A stretch of DNA of 59,714 nt, counting the filler, from Platydemus manokwari (Eukaryota), in assembly GCA_037951405.1 (NCBI GenBank). It is 5 parts of 5 records of this genome, joined end to end, with 100 filler letters (N's around TTAATTAATTAA, not from the genome) between each part and the next. Parts side by side here need not be neighbours in the genome. Positions count along the whole stretch, not along the records: positions 22,996 to 33,544 come from JBBMOY011125108.1; positions 33,645 to 49,686 come from JBBMOY011220320.1; 3 more parts are not named here. The stretch is one strand, 5' to 3'. The position numbers were made by a program, and so were the translations under genes. The number at the start of each line of letters is the position of its first letter. Positions within the stretch are counted from its first letter, which is position 1. Below the pieces are notes generated by a model. That model did no database searches, had not been told where the DNA came from, and worked only from the letters and a program-made list of their open reading frames with translations. Positions 25,200 to 39,800 of the stretch are shown in pieces.

Positions 25200-26955
25200 A
25201 CTTGGCTCTCAACTGGTAGTTGGCCATCTTGACATCGATTTTTATATTCGCGATCTGTGTGTAATTTTTTGTGTCATTGTTTATGATATTTTGATTCGAT
25301 ATTTGCTTGTCCATGTTCTTATTAGGTTTTTAAGTTTTTGCTTGAGTGTGATTGGTCAATCCCTATGTGGGCGTTGTTGTGTAGCTATGCCCCTTTTTCC
25401 AACTGTGGTTTACCATCTAACTTCACTATGATTGGCTAATTGCTATACCTGTATGGTTATGTAGGCGTGCAAATGTTCAAAGTACTTAAACAAGGGTTCC
25501 AAGTTGCTATTTAGTTTTTCTTTTTGCAGAATTTCATCTGACTCAACACTGAATAATTTTATTTGAAACACAGTGTTGAGCAAAAATTCCAGTCTTGTAA
25601 TCCACTCTTCAAACGAGAGTGTTATACTCGTATAAGTCTTATCTTAGGCACCATAAAGTTTGTTTCCTTATCTATTATGTTAGTTAGTTAAAAGATTTAT
25701 ATGGGGGTATAGATAACGATCAGGGATCAACTTTCGGATTTGAAGATAAACGGACGGAATCTCTATCCTAAAAATAATTAAATGACGTATGGTCCATTAA
25801 ATCACTCAATGCTTGAGCTTTACTGAAAATATGGCCTGGAACCAGATATCTTCCACTTATGAATTTCTACTTTCACAGTGTGTTTTTCAGTAAAATAGAT
25901 CGAATAACTAACTATCCATGTTTCGAGGTTTAGACAAGTCACTCTTCATATTGTTGGTATTTATTTCGATTATTCAAATTTTCATTAAGTGATTTCCTGA
26001 TCCTTGGAATATCTATACCGAATCAATCAATATTTCTTCTGAAATATTTTCTATGTATCCACAATTGAACAAATCACGATCAGATAGGTTGGTCGGTGTC
26101 CGTCTTATAAGTTTGCTTGGTCATTTTCCAATTATATAAGAATCTCATCATTTAGAAATATCATTGTTAATCATGTCAGCAACGCTAAACTCTTTTGTTT
26201 CTGCTATTTTAGTCTTTGAATTGTAATGAAGTTTCTCAATGACAACCCTAATCACTTTTCCAGGTAATGAGGGCCCCGTATTCATTTTTACAATTAATTG
26301 GAATTATTTCTACCAACTCATCATATTCAATATAAATATTTTTTTATCAAAACTAACGGCATGGTCTCCTAATAACTATTATGTTAGAGATACCGTGAGA
26401 TTAACTTGTGCTCCGAAAGCCTCGTTTATGTTGGTGAGTCAATATAGGGAATCTTTATTGATTCCAGTCTGCTCTGGTGGTTTGTTGACCAGCTTCAACT
26501 TCAGGAGTTATAAGAATCGGGGTTTCACTATTTTGGCATAGAATTGTTTACATCTAAAGAATTCACTGAATTGATAACAATGTCGAATTAGATTTTCCTT
26601 TTTCCAAAGTCGTTTTGTATAGCTATAATCTGATTGATGTAATTCGATAAATAAATCGTCCAAACTATTCTCATCAAATCGTTCAGGGTGATTATAGATA
26701 GAACTTATTAGTTTTTATTTCGTTATCAAATCTTTTTGAAAGTGTTCTTTTAACTTTTCCATGGCTATATTCACCGATATTTATTGATTGTAATTCCTGA
26801 ATGTTTGTTTTGTCTTGTATTCTGTAAGAGACATTTATTACAGTGCCTGGTTACCATTTTAATACAAAAATAGATCTTAAGTTGTTGTTGTTTTTCCCCA
26901 TTTTTATTTTATTGATATGCTCTTCATATCTTTGGTGGTTCCAGCATCTCCAATA
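25200..26955 (-). mobile_element. Heavily decayed LTR-retrotransposon-like remnant
   Basis: Minus-strand fragments: FEEWITRLEFLL (gag-like, ~25570-25615), HNNAHIGIDQ (integrase Zn-finger-like, ~25355-25385), a stop-riddled coding-like tract at 25750-26800, and TGGAGATGCTGG (~26941-26952) resembling a tRNA-Ala PBS. Confidence 0.35.
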
Positions 26956-27189
26956 ATAATTAATTCAATAATTGATTAAATAATTTACAAATTTATTAAG
27001 AAAACGGTAAATTGATTATTAATTATAATAAATCAATAAATGATAATGAATATTATTAATAATAAATAAATAATTTATTAATTAATGATTTAATAATGTT
27101 ATTTATATAATTTATCAAATTATTAAAAATCAAAGTGTTATTAACAATCAAACATTCCATTAACTCTCTCGAGAATTTAGTTTAAATGA

Positions 27190-30020
27190 TGGTAGGAATC
27201 GACATTTCAAGGTATGGAAGGAAGTATTGATATTAAAGAATCCTCATAAAAGACTGAAGAGTGGTTTGCAAAATGAAGAACCATGTGAAACTAGTCGTCA
27301 CAACAAATCATATAATTTGTGAGAGAAAGTTTTGTAAAACCATTTTCAATGACCAAATTTAGAATGTTTCAATAAAGTGACTTAATATACTTTTATCGTG
27401 AAATAATTGCATCTAGCGGATATCAGACTCCCGGATTCGATATAAATCAAGACAAACTGAATAACAGCTAGAGAAAAAACAGACGCAAAAACTAGATCTT
27501 CCTGAATGCGAAGAATCGCGTACGAGAGCATGTAAAAATTATTGTTCACTAAAGAAAGTTTGTAAAGGTGTAGAACCAGAAACAATTTATGCGACTTTAA
27601 TAAAAAAGAACACAAGTGCTCTTGGAAAAAAAATCAACTATAAAGATATTCTAACTGGAGACCCAGAGACAAAATGCGAACACAAGATTTTCACAAAATG
27701 CCTAGATAATCAAGAAATACCAGAGGAATAGAAAGCATGCAATATTGATTATGCCGAAATCCATGAAAGAGAGTCGCTATCATCAAGTCAGCTCCTGGCA
27801 TCTTATTGATCTGCTCGACTGCAGCTAGAAAAATTTCACAACTATTCTGTGAAAACAAATGAAGATGTGGATTGATGCAAACAACCTAATACACCCACTC
27901 CAGAATATCCTAGGTCCAGATGACGGTTGAGCTTAACACGACTTTTTATTTCGAGCCATTATAGAAGAACACAGTAAGAAAAGTATCGATAACGTTCAAA
28001 TGGGATTCTTAGACATCGAAGAAGCCTTCCCTTCATTAGATCTTGAAGCAATATTCACAATCCTGGAACATATAGGCCTGACTGAAACTGCTATCAGAAT
28101 CATACGATGTCTCTACACAAACTGTCAAACTTCTCTTAAATGCGATGATTATGAAACGAAGCCAGTCATAATTTAGAGGAGAGCCCAACAGTGCTGCCTA
28201 ATCTCCATGATTTATTCAACATAGCCATTAATCCAATATTGATACAAATGGACAACTGTTTCGCTATAAGCCTGATAATTACAAATCATCGAATTCCATG
28301 GTTCACCTACGCAGATGACATGGCAGTTATTGCGAAAAGCAAAAATGAACTCCAAATGATTATCAAAGCTTTCAAGTTCAAATACTCAAATTGTGAGTAC
28401 TGACATAATCTAAGAGCAAGTACTAAGAAGAACTCATAGTCTACAATGAGAAAATCCCTACAATCAGTCTAGAAGAGCACTATCTATACCTAGAAGTGAA
28501 CTTCTCTTTGAAGTTACTTAATATAACTGAAGAACTATTTACCGACATGGAAATTCTGATGAGTGAACTGGAAAAATGCATTTTACTACCATGCCAGAAG
28601 CTAAGGGTGTTTGAGTTGTTTGTACATACCAAGGTGACCTTATACATGAAAAATTACTATTTAATTTTAGTAGACTACTAAAATTTGATGTGACGACAAG
28701 AAAATGTTTGAAAAAATCCTTGACGTGCCGAAATTTTGCTCGTCTTGTTGCCTCTACTCAACGAAGTCAATGATAGTTGTTGACTACTAGAACATGACGG
28801 AGAATACAACACTATTATCTAGCAAACAAAATGATTAGGATGACGGCCATAAGTACTGGAGTGAATAATCAAGCTCCGACAATCGAGGACGCATTAGAGT
28901 GGGTCAATTGACATATTCTACCAAATTAAAAGAGCAAAGCATGTCAGGGCAAAATAAGAGAGAGCCTCCAAAAAATATTCTTACCAACAGTAAGGCCATG
29001 CACAAAATTCAACAAAGCCTTACAATCAATAGTTTCCATTACGAAAGAAGTGCCACGGTGGAACCAAAGAAAACCAAAGAAACACAAAAACTGCTGAGAC
29101 AATGTTTTATGCGATCGCACTAATCAAACCAGAAATGGGACCTATAAAAGCTACTCAAGATCTATTAATCCAATGTGAGCAAAAGTAGTTTTTAGTTTGC
29201 ACCTAACTATTGCTGAATTCAGAATTATCCATAACGCACGGACAGACAACCTTATCACTCTAAATAACCAGTATATGAGAGGGATGCCATGCAAGAAATG
29301 CTTATGTGAAGTGGAATCGCAAGCACATGTCTCCCCCTACTGCAAACCATTCCAGAATAATGGATATATTGGACAAGTAATGTTAACAATGCGGATTACA
29401 GAGAAAGAATGCAAATTCACGGAATCTAAATGAAGAGTGGATCTTCAACTAAAAAATTATCGGAAATCCACGATCGTCCTAATCAATGTAAAATGACCAT
29501 GAACGAACCTGCATTTATGGCTGACACAGCTCAAATAATATACCAAAATACTCAGACATCCAACATGCAATCAAAAAAGCGGCCCGAATGGACTATGGAA
29601 CTGTTCGTTTTTTTGTAGGAGTTCTCGAAACTTGGCAAACACAGACCAACGGTACATTTCTAAAGAAAGTAGGGATGGGTAAGAAAATGATAAATAAAAT
29701 AGCTCTTGCTTGCATAAAGTCGAATATAAATGCTAGCTATCTGCTTTTGAGGGTTTCACACGGGAAAGAGAACAGCAAGAAAGGTAGCTTTAAATTAGGG
29801 GAAGAAGATATCCTAGACCTTAGCAACTGAAAGGCAGAGACAGAATTAATTGTAATATTGAACTTGCGAACTGTGATTCATGGAACGATTAATGTACATC
29901 CCATATTGTAATGTATGGGTATCTCGATAATCAATGTTTATGAATAAATATTTGTAATTGTGGTGAAGACGCCCAACTATGAGTGTTTTGTTTATTTAAT
30001 TGTTGGTTTAAATAAATAAA
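27190..30020 (+). mobile_element. Decayed non-LTR retrotransposon, RLE type (R2/R4/NeSL group)
   Basis: RT motifs IPEE*K (~27716), FLDIEEAFPSL (~28007), LFNIAINPIL and YADD (28308-28319). CX2CX8HX4C knuckle CKKCLCEVESQAHVSPYC (29290-29343). RLE C-terminal FFVGVLETW. A-rich end near 30010. Many stops and frameshifts; the 5' boundary is approximate. Confidence 0.88.
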
Positions 30021-30430
30021 TATTATTCCTGAATCGATTATTCAAAATAAAATTTAATGTAGTTTTCAATTAAAGATTTTTCGATATTTCAATAAATAAT
30101 TTATTGATTATCAATATTCGATTCTTCACAACTAATTATTAATCAATTAATATTATTAATAAATACATCTTTATAAAAAAATATATTAATTAATATTTTA
30201 TTTATAATCATTGTGAAAATCCAGTTAATATAAGCTCGGAATGGCAACGATCGAAGGGGATTAATTATTATTTTTATAATACAGCCAATCGACCATTAGT
30301 CTGCAATAATTATCAATAAATATTTTTTCTTCTCAACAAATTTTTATCGTCTGAATTATTGAAAAAAAAGAAAATCTGAAAGTAATGTTGGAGCGTTTTT
30401 TGCTAACTATTTTTCATAATCATATTTATC

Positions 30431-30474
30431 CGTGCGTGTGTGTTGGTGTGGGTGTGGGTGTGGGTGTGTGTATG
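30431..30474. repeat. GT-rich microsatellite (GTGTGG)n/(GT)n
   Basis: Directly visible. Confidence 0.75.
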
Positions 30475-33148
30475 CGACAAAGTTGAATGATTTTATGATT
30501 TAATCTTCGCTATTAATTATTTATTCCAATCGATTTCGTTTCGTTTCTTAATTGTTTGAATTTTTTTTATCAAATATAATTTCTCACTTTAACCAAATCT
30601 TTTCAGATGAAAATGAAATTTTAATTATCGATTTAATATGAAATTATATTTTATTATATTCTGTCAAATAAGTTTAAAATAATAAGATCAAACAATTATA
30701 TCCTAATATTTATTATTAGAAAATCGATATCATGTCAAATAAAATTACTCAATAAATACATCAATGACTTCTTGAGTCAATAACACTGAAGGTTGCCACT
30801 GAAACTTTTATTGTAATTTCATAAGTGCTATTCAGAACTGACAGACTCAAAATAAAACACATTTCACCAAAACTTGTTTCAATTGACTGTAGCTAACTTG
30901 CAACTACCAGCAATAGGGCATATTTGTAACATAATTTATAATCATAAGCTTGTTTGTGTTTCGTGTGCTCAACCCTTGTTTGATATTTTTTTTCAAGAAT
31001 CCAGTTGAATTTACTGATTTATCATGTCCGAAATTGATTGTCGCCTTTCATGTGTAGTTATGTAATCGTCTGTTTTACCAACTTGAAATTTTCGCTCTAT
31101 GTTGTTTCTGATTTGTCAGTTATCGTGCCCCTATCACTTTGTGTATAAAGTATCAAAACAAGAATAACAAGGGTCGCTATTTCCATGGGAATCTTCCATA
31201 GTCAACAAATTAAAGTAAATTGTTAAGTTATTGATGCAAAGATTAATACATATACTGGATATGTACGAAAATAGTTATTCATTCACACCAATTACCAATA
31301 TATTGAATGACTAATATAAATCATCAATAAAGAGCAATTCATTTTTTCAACGAATAACGTGATGTGTTATAAATAATGTAAACGAAAGGATCAATTTCAT
31401 TTTTCGATCACCCGATGAAGATGAAAAGTGAAATAGAAATTTTATTAGAAGAAACACCCGTGAATGATAAATCAAATACTGCTCTCAAATAAAAAGGTAG
31501 CCCAATTACTGAAATTGGATTTTAATGGATTTCCTCTATTGTTGTTGTTCTAAGTTCAGAAGAAATAAGCGTTTTTTGGATCCATTGGATCGTGGTAAAG
31601 TTGCTACTGCTCTTTCGCTTGAGATAGGAAACAGACGAAAATGAGTTATGAAGAGAATACAATCTATTTTCGACCTACTAATCTTGTGAACATTATGATT
31701 CAACAATATGATTTAACACTTACAAAGTACTAATTACTTCATATTTTGTGAGATAACTATCTGCATAACAACTGGAACAAATATTTAACTCTATATTTAG
31801 TATGTTATTAAAACGATTAAGTTTTCTTTAAAGTTAAAATAGTCAAAACCTTCAATACTGAGAATAGCTTCACCAAAGATTTATTGGTTTTTTACACATC
31901 ATTAAGAAATGTAATATCGCTTTCAACCAACTCTATAATTTATCCACTGAAACTTCGAACTCATTACCTTACACATTATCAGCTGCCTCTGCGGCGTGAA
32001 CACTATTATCATTGATTTCAAGTTCTACCCCAATAAACATCTCAAAATATCAATTTATAAATACTTTTTCACTATCTTCTGATACATTTTAAAAATACAT
32101 TTCACAACTCATCATGATGATGATGTACAACTCTTACAACTTGAACGTGTAAAATGACGTATTTTAATGACTCTAGCAATCATTCTAGCCAACAATGAGA
32201 ATTTCTATCAATGAGGCTTGTTATAATTGGCATTCTCAGAGGGTCAAAAGAAATTGATTTTAAAACTTAATACCATTTCAATAAATTATCAATTCGAATT
32301 GGAAATTAGTGGGGAAGAAAGTGATTTATAGAACAATTCTTTGAGCCTCCGGTATAAAATTCATGTTCGAGAAGCAATTCTTAAGATTACCGAAGAGTCA
32401 AAATATTGATGAAAATATCCCAACAATTATAGTTTTGAAAGCTTTTTTATTATATATCAAACAGATCGGGAACTTTGTGTAAAGATTTTTTATGAAGAAC
32501 GAAAATTGGAGAAACTCCGCTTATATATTCGAACTAATTTGCAAAATTGTTACCTGAATTGTATAGGAATAATCTTAAAAAATCTTCAATTTGATCAAAT
32601 AAATTGCTTAACCAATGGGAAACAGGAAAATAAAACAACATCAAGCATGTAATATTTGAAAAAGATGTATAAAGATTGTAGTATAGAAAATAATGACAGA
32701 ATAGTTAACATGTTGTGTAATATTTTCTACCAATCAAAATAAAGCACCATTTTTATCAACAAATTGACAAGAATACACAATGGTCCGACCAACAAAATTT
32801 CAAAACACTGATAGTGTATGACAAACACCTCATAACAACAAATATTTATTGACCTCTGTTAAATATGATTAGAGATTATAATTATTATAAAATTATAAAA
32901 TTCCTTTTAAAAAATGGAGAGAAATTATCTAGTTGAAATTTTGCTTGTACTTTTAAATTGCCCGCTTAAAACGATACAAACGTGAGAAAAGTAGAAATAC
33001 TAACTCAAACTTGGTGTACTAAATGTAGTACAAATCGTCGCCATATGCTAATCTAAAAGTCGTTAAGAATTTCTCTGTTCACATACGAGGACAAGCCGTT
33101 TGAAATTTAAATATTTTTGTATAATTGTTTAAGATATTATTAATGGGC

Positions 33149-33544
33149 TTATTATTATTATTATTATTATCTTTATTTGTTATAATTTATTATCATTATT
33201 TATTATTTTTAATATTAATATTTATAATTATTTATTACTAACAATACTTTATATAAAATGAGGAATTGACTTTAAAATTTATAAAAATATAAATTGTTAT
33301 TATCATAATAATAATAATTATTATTATTAATTTTATTATTGTTGTCATTACTTATTATTACCACATTTTTATTATAATTTTTGTCATTTATTATTATCAT
33401 TATTATTATTACTATTTTCATTCTGGTAATTGTTTATTATTGCTTATTATTATTGTCGTTATTATTATTATTGGTTATTATTATTTTTGTTATTATTATT
33501 ATAACTGTTATTATTATCAATTTTATTATTATTATAAATTATTA
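33149..33544. repeat. Degenerate (ATT)n low-complexity tract at the contig end
   Basis: Directly visible; it explains the poly-Ile ORF 33381-33596. Confidence 0.85.
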
Positions 33545-33644
33545 NNNNNNNNNNNNNNNNNNNNNNNNNNNNNNNNNNNNNNNNNNNNTTAATTAATTAA
33601 NNNNNNNNNNNNNNNNNNNNNNNNNNNNNNNNNNNNNNNNNNNN
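33545..33644. other. Artificial contig spacer
   Basis: 44N-TTAATTAATTAA-44N. Confidence 0.97.
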
Positions 33645-33910
33645 AATTATTTTTGTAATTATTTGATTAATTATAATTAATTATAATTGTAGTAATATAT
33701 GTGATAAGGTAATATATTGGTAATATAAATAGTTATATAGTTATATAATGAATAATTATAAAATCAATTATATCTTCTGTAAAATTAATTGTTACAACTA
33801 TTGGCTTATATTATTAATAAATAATTATTTAAAATAAGTAAAAATATTAATTATAATTAGAGTTATTGGAAATGGAAACAGTTTATTTATTGCTTTATAT
33901 ATATTTACAG

Positions 33911-34183
33911 GAGAAAAATATCGGTTTGCAAAAATTCACGGTATCGAATCTGTTGGGAAATATTGGAATCAGTAAACAATTAAGTGGTGATGTGTTGTGG
34001 TTAGATATTCAGAAACATAGTTCAAATGCATTTCTCAATCCCATCGCTCCCATTCATCAAACATTAATGTCGCAGAAAAGTCGTAGGAATTCAATATTTT
34101 GTGAAAGAGGTTTGTTTGCTGGGGCTCTGTCAGCTAGAAAGGATCTTTTCATACGACGAGTTCTTTACGAGCCAATGATTTAA
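33911..34183 (+). CDS. Probable terminal coding exon of an unidentified gene (upstream exons off-contig)
   Basis: Acceptor atatttacag precedes 33911. A 90-codon open frame EKNIGLQKFTVSNLLG...CERGLFAGALSARKDLFIRRVLYEPMI* has clearly higher GC than its flanks. Confidence 0.55.
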   Translation, partial: EKNIGLQKFTVSNLLGNIGISKQLSGDVLWLDIQKHSSNAFLNPIAPIHQTLMSQKSRRNSIFCERGLFAGALSARKDLFIRRVLYEPMI

Positions 34184-35396
34184 TTTGTCGAATTGTATCT
34201 TTTTCTGTATTTAAATGTTGCATTCAATGAAATTAATTTTGCGTTGTATTTGTTATGTTTTATTGATCCAACAGTTTTATCTATGATCTTGTTATACTCA
34301 CCGATTTGAGAACATATCTGTTTTATCAGATGAATCTTTCATTTTTTTATATTTATAATTATATATACATGTTTTGTGGCTGTTCCAGTCAATCCAGGGT
34401 TTATCAGATTAAATATCAATAATGATTAGACGTGTATTTTTCAAGTTATTTTTTTGTTTATTGTTTTTAAATTTGTTTATAATTCTGAAAGTATTTATCA
34501 TCATAAATTATCCGTCACTTTTATTACAAAGTCTGATTTTATCCAATGAAAATGCTGTACTTCATGGAAAAATTTGTTTGAATATCTTTAATTCAAACTT
34601 TCAAATTTAGTTATTATTTTGAAATATTTATAAATTTTGTATTGCAATTGGTTAAATATTGAATAACGTTTTCATAATATTTTTCTGAAGTTCTTTGTTA
34701 TTGATGCGATTATTTTTTAGATAGAGTTTATTTAATAAGATTGTGTTGTTTCAAAATGATGGAATTATGATGTGATTTCTGTGGCTGAAATCAACAATTT
34801 ATTATTGGTGATTTACTCCTTAATTAATTTTAGAATAGTTTGTTTTCGATAATTATTGGTTCCACGAATAATCTAGCAATTAATGGATTAATATGTAGCG
34901 TGAAAAAAATTCAAGCAATAATAAATAACAATGAAACTAGATAATAATTATATTCAATATGATACACAACAAAAGTGTTATGCGAAAGTTTAATAGTAAG
35001 AGAATATAAAAATTGGAAGGTGCTTAAAACCGACCAAGAATTAGCTGGTGTTCTACTTCGATATGAATCTGAGGAAATAATTTTAATTTCCGTCAAATTT
35101 CGTCGGACTTTGTGGGATATTTATTTAATGAATTATAAAGAATCTCCCGTCAGAGATTGATATAATTTGAATAATAATGTAATGAAAATAATTTTCGATG
35201 ATTCAATTTGAATGGCTTGAAAAATAAATTGAAATGATAATCGGCTCGTATGAATTAATAGATTAAGTCCACATATATGATACTATGCATAGTTGACTAA
35301 TGTCTACGTTCATGATCCGATGTCATACGCGGATGTGTAACTAGTTATAAGACTATTAGTATTGAATTATTGTGCATAATTATTGTTCCGTGCTAA

Positions 35397-35668
35397 AATG
35401 TGCATAGCTGGATTATATACTGCTTTTCAATGAATTTGATGACTCATTACTGGTCATTTTCCGAATCGCCATAGCGATTTATTATGTTGCATTGGTAATT
35501 CAACAAATTGTGACGATGATGTGAATTCACATAATGTGCAGAGCTGGATTATATACTGCTATTCAATTAATTTGATAACTTATTACTGCTCATTTTCTGA
35601 ATCGTCGTAGCGATTTATTATGTGTTAATGGTATTTCAACAAATTGTCATGTTGGTGTGTATTCACAT
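35397..35668. repeat. Tandem duplication, 2 x 136 bp, moderately diverged
   Basis: AATGTGCATAGCTGGATTATATACTGC at 35397 and AATGTGCAGAGCTGGATTATATACTGC at 35533; the copies are colinear throughout. Confidence 0.9.
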
Positions 35669-36862
35669 TAAAATCTCCATGGTAATGTGAGTTAATGATT
35701 TTGAAAAATTGAAATTTTGTTTTTACATTATACTAATTTATATATTATGTACTCATTATACCCAGCTAAAATGTGTAAAATATGTAAAAATACACGCCAC
35801 ACAAATTGTTATTGCGCATTTTAATGATTTGATATTATTTATATTCTAATAATATCTTGACAGCCTATTATAACATGTTCCGTGAATATAAATCAATAAT
35901 CAGATTAATCTCGAATATTTGTTACCTGATTTTCCACAAATATCGATTTGAGTAATACTTGATAATATTTACTGACTGTATAAAACATGAAATTATAAAT
36001 CATTTTAATTCTTAATAACTTGAACATTTTGAAATAATTTTATCATTTGCATACCACTTATTATTGCGCAGATATGGTTCAACATTTAATATCTGTTCAT
36101 TTAACGGGTACGATTCTATGGTAGCATAATGATGTCAGGTGATGATTTTTATTTAATTATAATTCGTCGTCACATTTATTAATTAAAGCCAACCACTTGT
36201 AAATAACTTCTAAAGCAGTACAGAAAATTCTTCAATAAGTCATGCCAACAATAATGGTTATTGTTATTCAAATTGTTTTCCAATTTTCTCCTCGCGAAAT
36301 TTCCATATGATAAATTTTTTTTGTCAACGTATTTCATTGTTAAGAAAATAAAATCAATATAATTCACTCTATTTTGGGTAACTCATTGTAATGTTTCAAC
36401 TAATCCTCGTGTATTAGAAATTGTTCTCGGTCTTGTTACTTTGCAATTTCCTGGAGATTATTATTAACTTTTAAAATTGTAAATATTAAATCCATTTTTG
36501 TTAGAGGAGAGAAAAAATCATCAAAGTTTTGATTGGAATGGTTTTACTTTGTCGTAACAGAAATTAACATAAAAGAAGCGAGAATAAATTTTATTGAAAA
36601 TTACCGTTGACAAAATCATCGAATTTTATTTGAAGAAATTCACTTTTAGATGTTTTATAGATTTGAAAGTTAAATTTAAATGCGATCGAAATTTTTGGTT
36701 TTTTTCCAATTATATTTCCAGATTCAAATTCACGCTTTATTCATGAAGTAGATGCAAAGTAATTATGCCATGAAAATGTACTAAAAATAATGATAAAAAA
36801 TGAAATCAGCGATATATTCAAAATAAAATATATTATGGTTGTGTATAAAATATAAACCTGTA

Positions 36863-39800
36863 TCAAATTTCAGTTTCTGTTATCATTTTATTGGCATTGG
36901 TAGCAGTGATATTGGTTTCGCCTATATGGTTTTCATCGGTATTTGATTTCTTTGATATGTTTCGAATTATTGTAGTCGTAATTTCTTTATTCGGGCTTAT
37001 TACACAAGCAACGGTTGAATTGGTTATTGGATCTTTAATAAAGATTTTCTGTGTTTCAAAATTCACGCCTTCATTCAAATATCTGGTCAATTTATTATAC
37101 ACCATTGAATGACTTAGGTTTAACTGTACATTTTTCGTTTTGAAAAAGTTGATTACATAATCGAAGAATCGTTTTCTAATATCGAAATCTTTGAAACTAT
37201 CTTTTCCTTTTAAAGAATTCAAATTTCCTGGTGGAATTTCTTTCTCGGTACTTTTTCTCTCAATACAATTTATTTTCCAAGTGCACTTGAAAGTTGGATA
37301 ACTAAACTCGACAGTGGTCATGGGCAAAGTAGCACTTATGATAAGAGATACTAAATATTCTTTGTTGGGATTGTACTCTAAGATTTTAAATGAAGATATG
37401 GACTTTTTAATTTCTGATTGAGAAAGATAATAGGGTTGACTCAATAACCTATTCAACTGACCATTTAAAAAATCATCAGCAGCTCTACAGGACTCAAATG
37501 CAATTATAACGACACCTTCACCATGTCTGTAGAAGTTTCTTTTTGCAAAGTTTGATAGTTGAAACAACTGATTTTCTGTAAGGCTATCCTTTACTTTCAG
37601 TAGCATTTTATGGATTCTATTGAAAGAACATTTTGTTAAATGGAATGAGAAATCGTAATTTCTGCAAGTTTTTGAACAATAATAAGTATAGCAATTATAA
37701 CAAGAGCAATTTCCACGATCGATTTTATTAGCTTGCAGAATTTCCTTACCGCAACCTTGTAAATTACAGATAATATAATTTCTGTTATGTTCATTATTCA
37801 TAATCTTGTTTTCGATATTGAGATTTTCTTTTTTTCTTGAGCTTATATATGTTTCATCCCGATCAAGGTTGGGTGTTTTTCTTTTCACATTTAATAATAA
37901 CTTGAGAGCTGATGGATTTATACCGAAACTTTCGCATAATTTCTCGTCAAATGCAAATTGATGTTGAGTTGAATTTGTTAATATTTTCATGATGTATTCA
38001 CTCTCAGATTTATCTTGTTGAACAATGTCTTGGTGTTCGATATTGTTGTTGATATTGTTTACATTATGTGATACCGAATTTGATGATTTTGAAATTTGTT
38101 CGTCTTGGTTTGTGACTACCTTGTTGATATTGTTTACTTTATGTGATACCGGATTTGGTGATTTAGAAATTTGTTCGTCTTGGTTTGTGACTACCTTGTT
38201 GATATTGCTTACTTTATGTGATACCGGATTTGGTGATTTAGAAATTTGTTCATCCTGGTTTGTGACTACCTTGTTGATATTGCTTACTTTATGTGATACC
38301 GGATTTGGTGATTTAGAAATCTGTTCGTCTTGGTTTGTGACTACCTTGTTGATATTGTTTACTTTATGAGATACCGAATTTGATGATTTCGAAATTTGCT
38401 CGTCTTGGTTTGTGACTGCCTTGATCTCGACTTTATCATTAATCGGTGACTTTTCAATCAAATCACTTTTTAATAATGTATTGTTTAGAGCTTTCAAACT
38501 AGAAGTATTTTTAATGGGAACATCGTTGTCTTCTTTTGGATTTCGTAACTTAGAATCTTCTTTTGGATTGAAATAAACCAAATTCTGACTCTTAGAGCGA
38601 TATAAAGTGCTGGGCAGTACAACTTTATTTACTTGTGGATTTTTATTCGGTGCCGTAGATTTATTGAGTGGTAAGCTGGTATATTTATATTTTGATAATA
38701 TACTATCGTGATGTTTCAAATGCTTATATGAAATTGTTGAAGATTTAATAGTTGGTGTTTGAGATGTCAATTCTCTCCTTTTCATGCTCGATAATTTGAA
38801 ATCATTCATCCATTCTGGAACGTTGAGTTTCGTTAATGAATCTGCAACTCGCAGTTCTTGAGTTGATTGAGCTCGTGATTTCAAATGTTTTATCAAATCA
38901 CATTCTTCATTGTGGGGTTTTGTTTTCTTCAGATCTTCAGTCGATATTGCCTTGGAAATAGCACTTCTGAAATCGGATTCACTATTTTTTCGCAAATCCA
39001 CCAAACTTCGGGTTTTTTCAAAAGAATATGGCGAAGGATCACCAGAGAAATCGGTTTGAGGAAAAAAATAATTTTCACTTACTGTTCCAGAATCAATATC
39101 GGTTTCCGGTAACATTGAAGAACTTAGTAATAGGGTTCCGAGATCTTCATTAATTGCTAGAGATTTCATAAATGATGCTCCGGGTGTTGTTTTCATACAA
39201 TGTATAGAATTTATATCTTTGTCAATGTTAGAAAAATCCCTAATATTTCTAAAGTTATTAGAATGAATCATATCGGTCGGATATGTATTGATAACTTTAC
39301 TATGTCTTTTAAGGTCTGAGATCTTGTATTTCTTCATAATGGAACTATTATCGCTACTCTCATTATCGGTACTCAAAAATGAACTTCTTTGTACACTTGA
39401 TTTACCAATTTTACTCTCAAAGGACGTAGCATTTGAACTATCAGATAAATAATTCACAGGTTCTGATAATGCCGAATAACAAAGAGGCTGGTCACTTCTG
39501 GACGATGACAAAGTAGATAAATTTGAATGTATGGAATTATCATTTATCTTATTATATTTGAAATCACTTGTTCGGTACGCATTTACATCATCACTATATG
39601 ATACACCGCTTTGTTGTTCTAATGATTCCAGTTCTCTTCGAAGCCTTTCGAATTTGGTTCCTCTATTCATTTGAGGTTTAACTGGAACATGAACGTTTTG
39701 TATTTCGTTGTTCGTAAACATTTTCTGATTCAAAGATTTGACTGTATCGGTTTGAATTTTCGGATTATATCCTTTGGAATTATTCCCAATATCGTCGGAT

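Noticed and set aside
31100-32700. Coding-like composition (also 10300-11120, 11780-13400, 46900-47420)
   Set aside because: Stop-riddled with no identifiable motifs; likely old TE or pseudogene debris that I cannot classify.
33381-33596. Hydrophobic poly-Ile ORF
   Set aside because: It is a translation of an (ATT)n tract running into Ns.
38025-38369. Plus-strand 114-aa repeat ORF (also 36891-37112, 38885-39112, 39870-40091)
   Set aside because: These are antisense shadows of AJM1.
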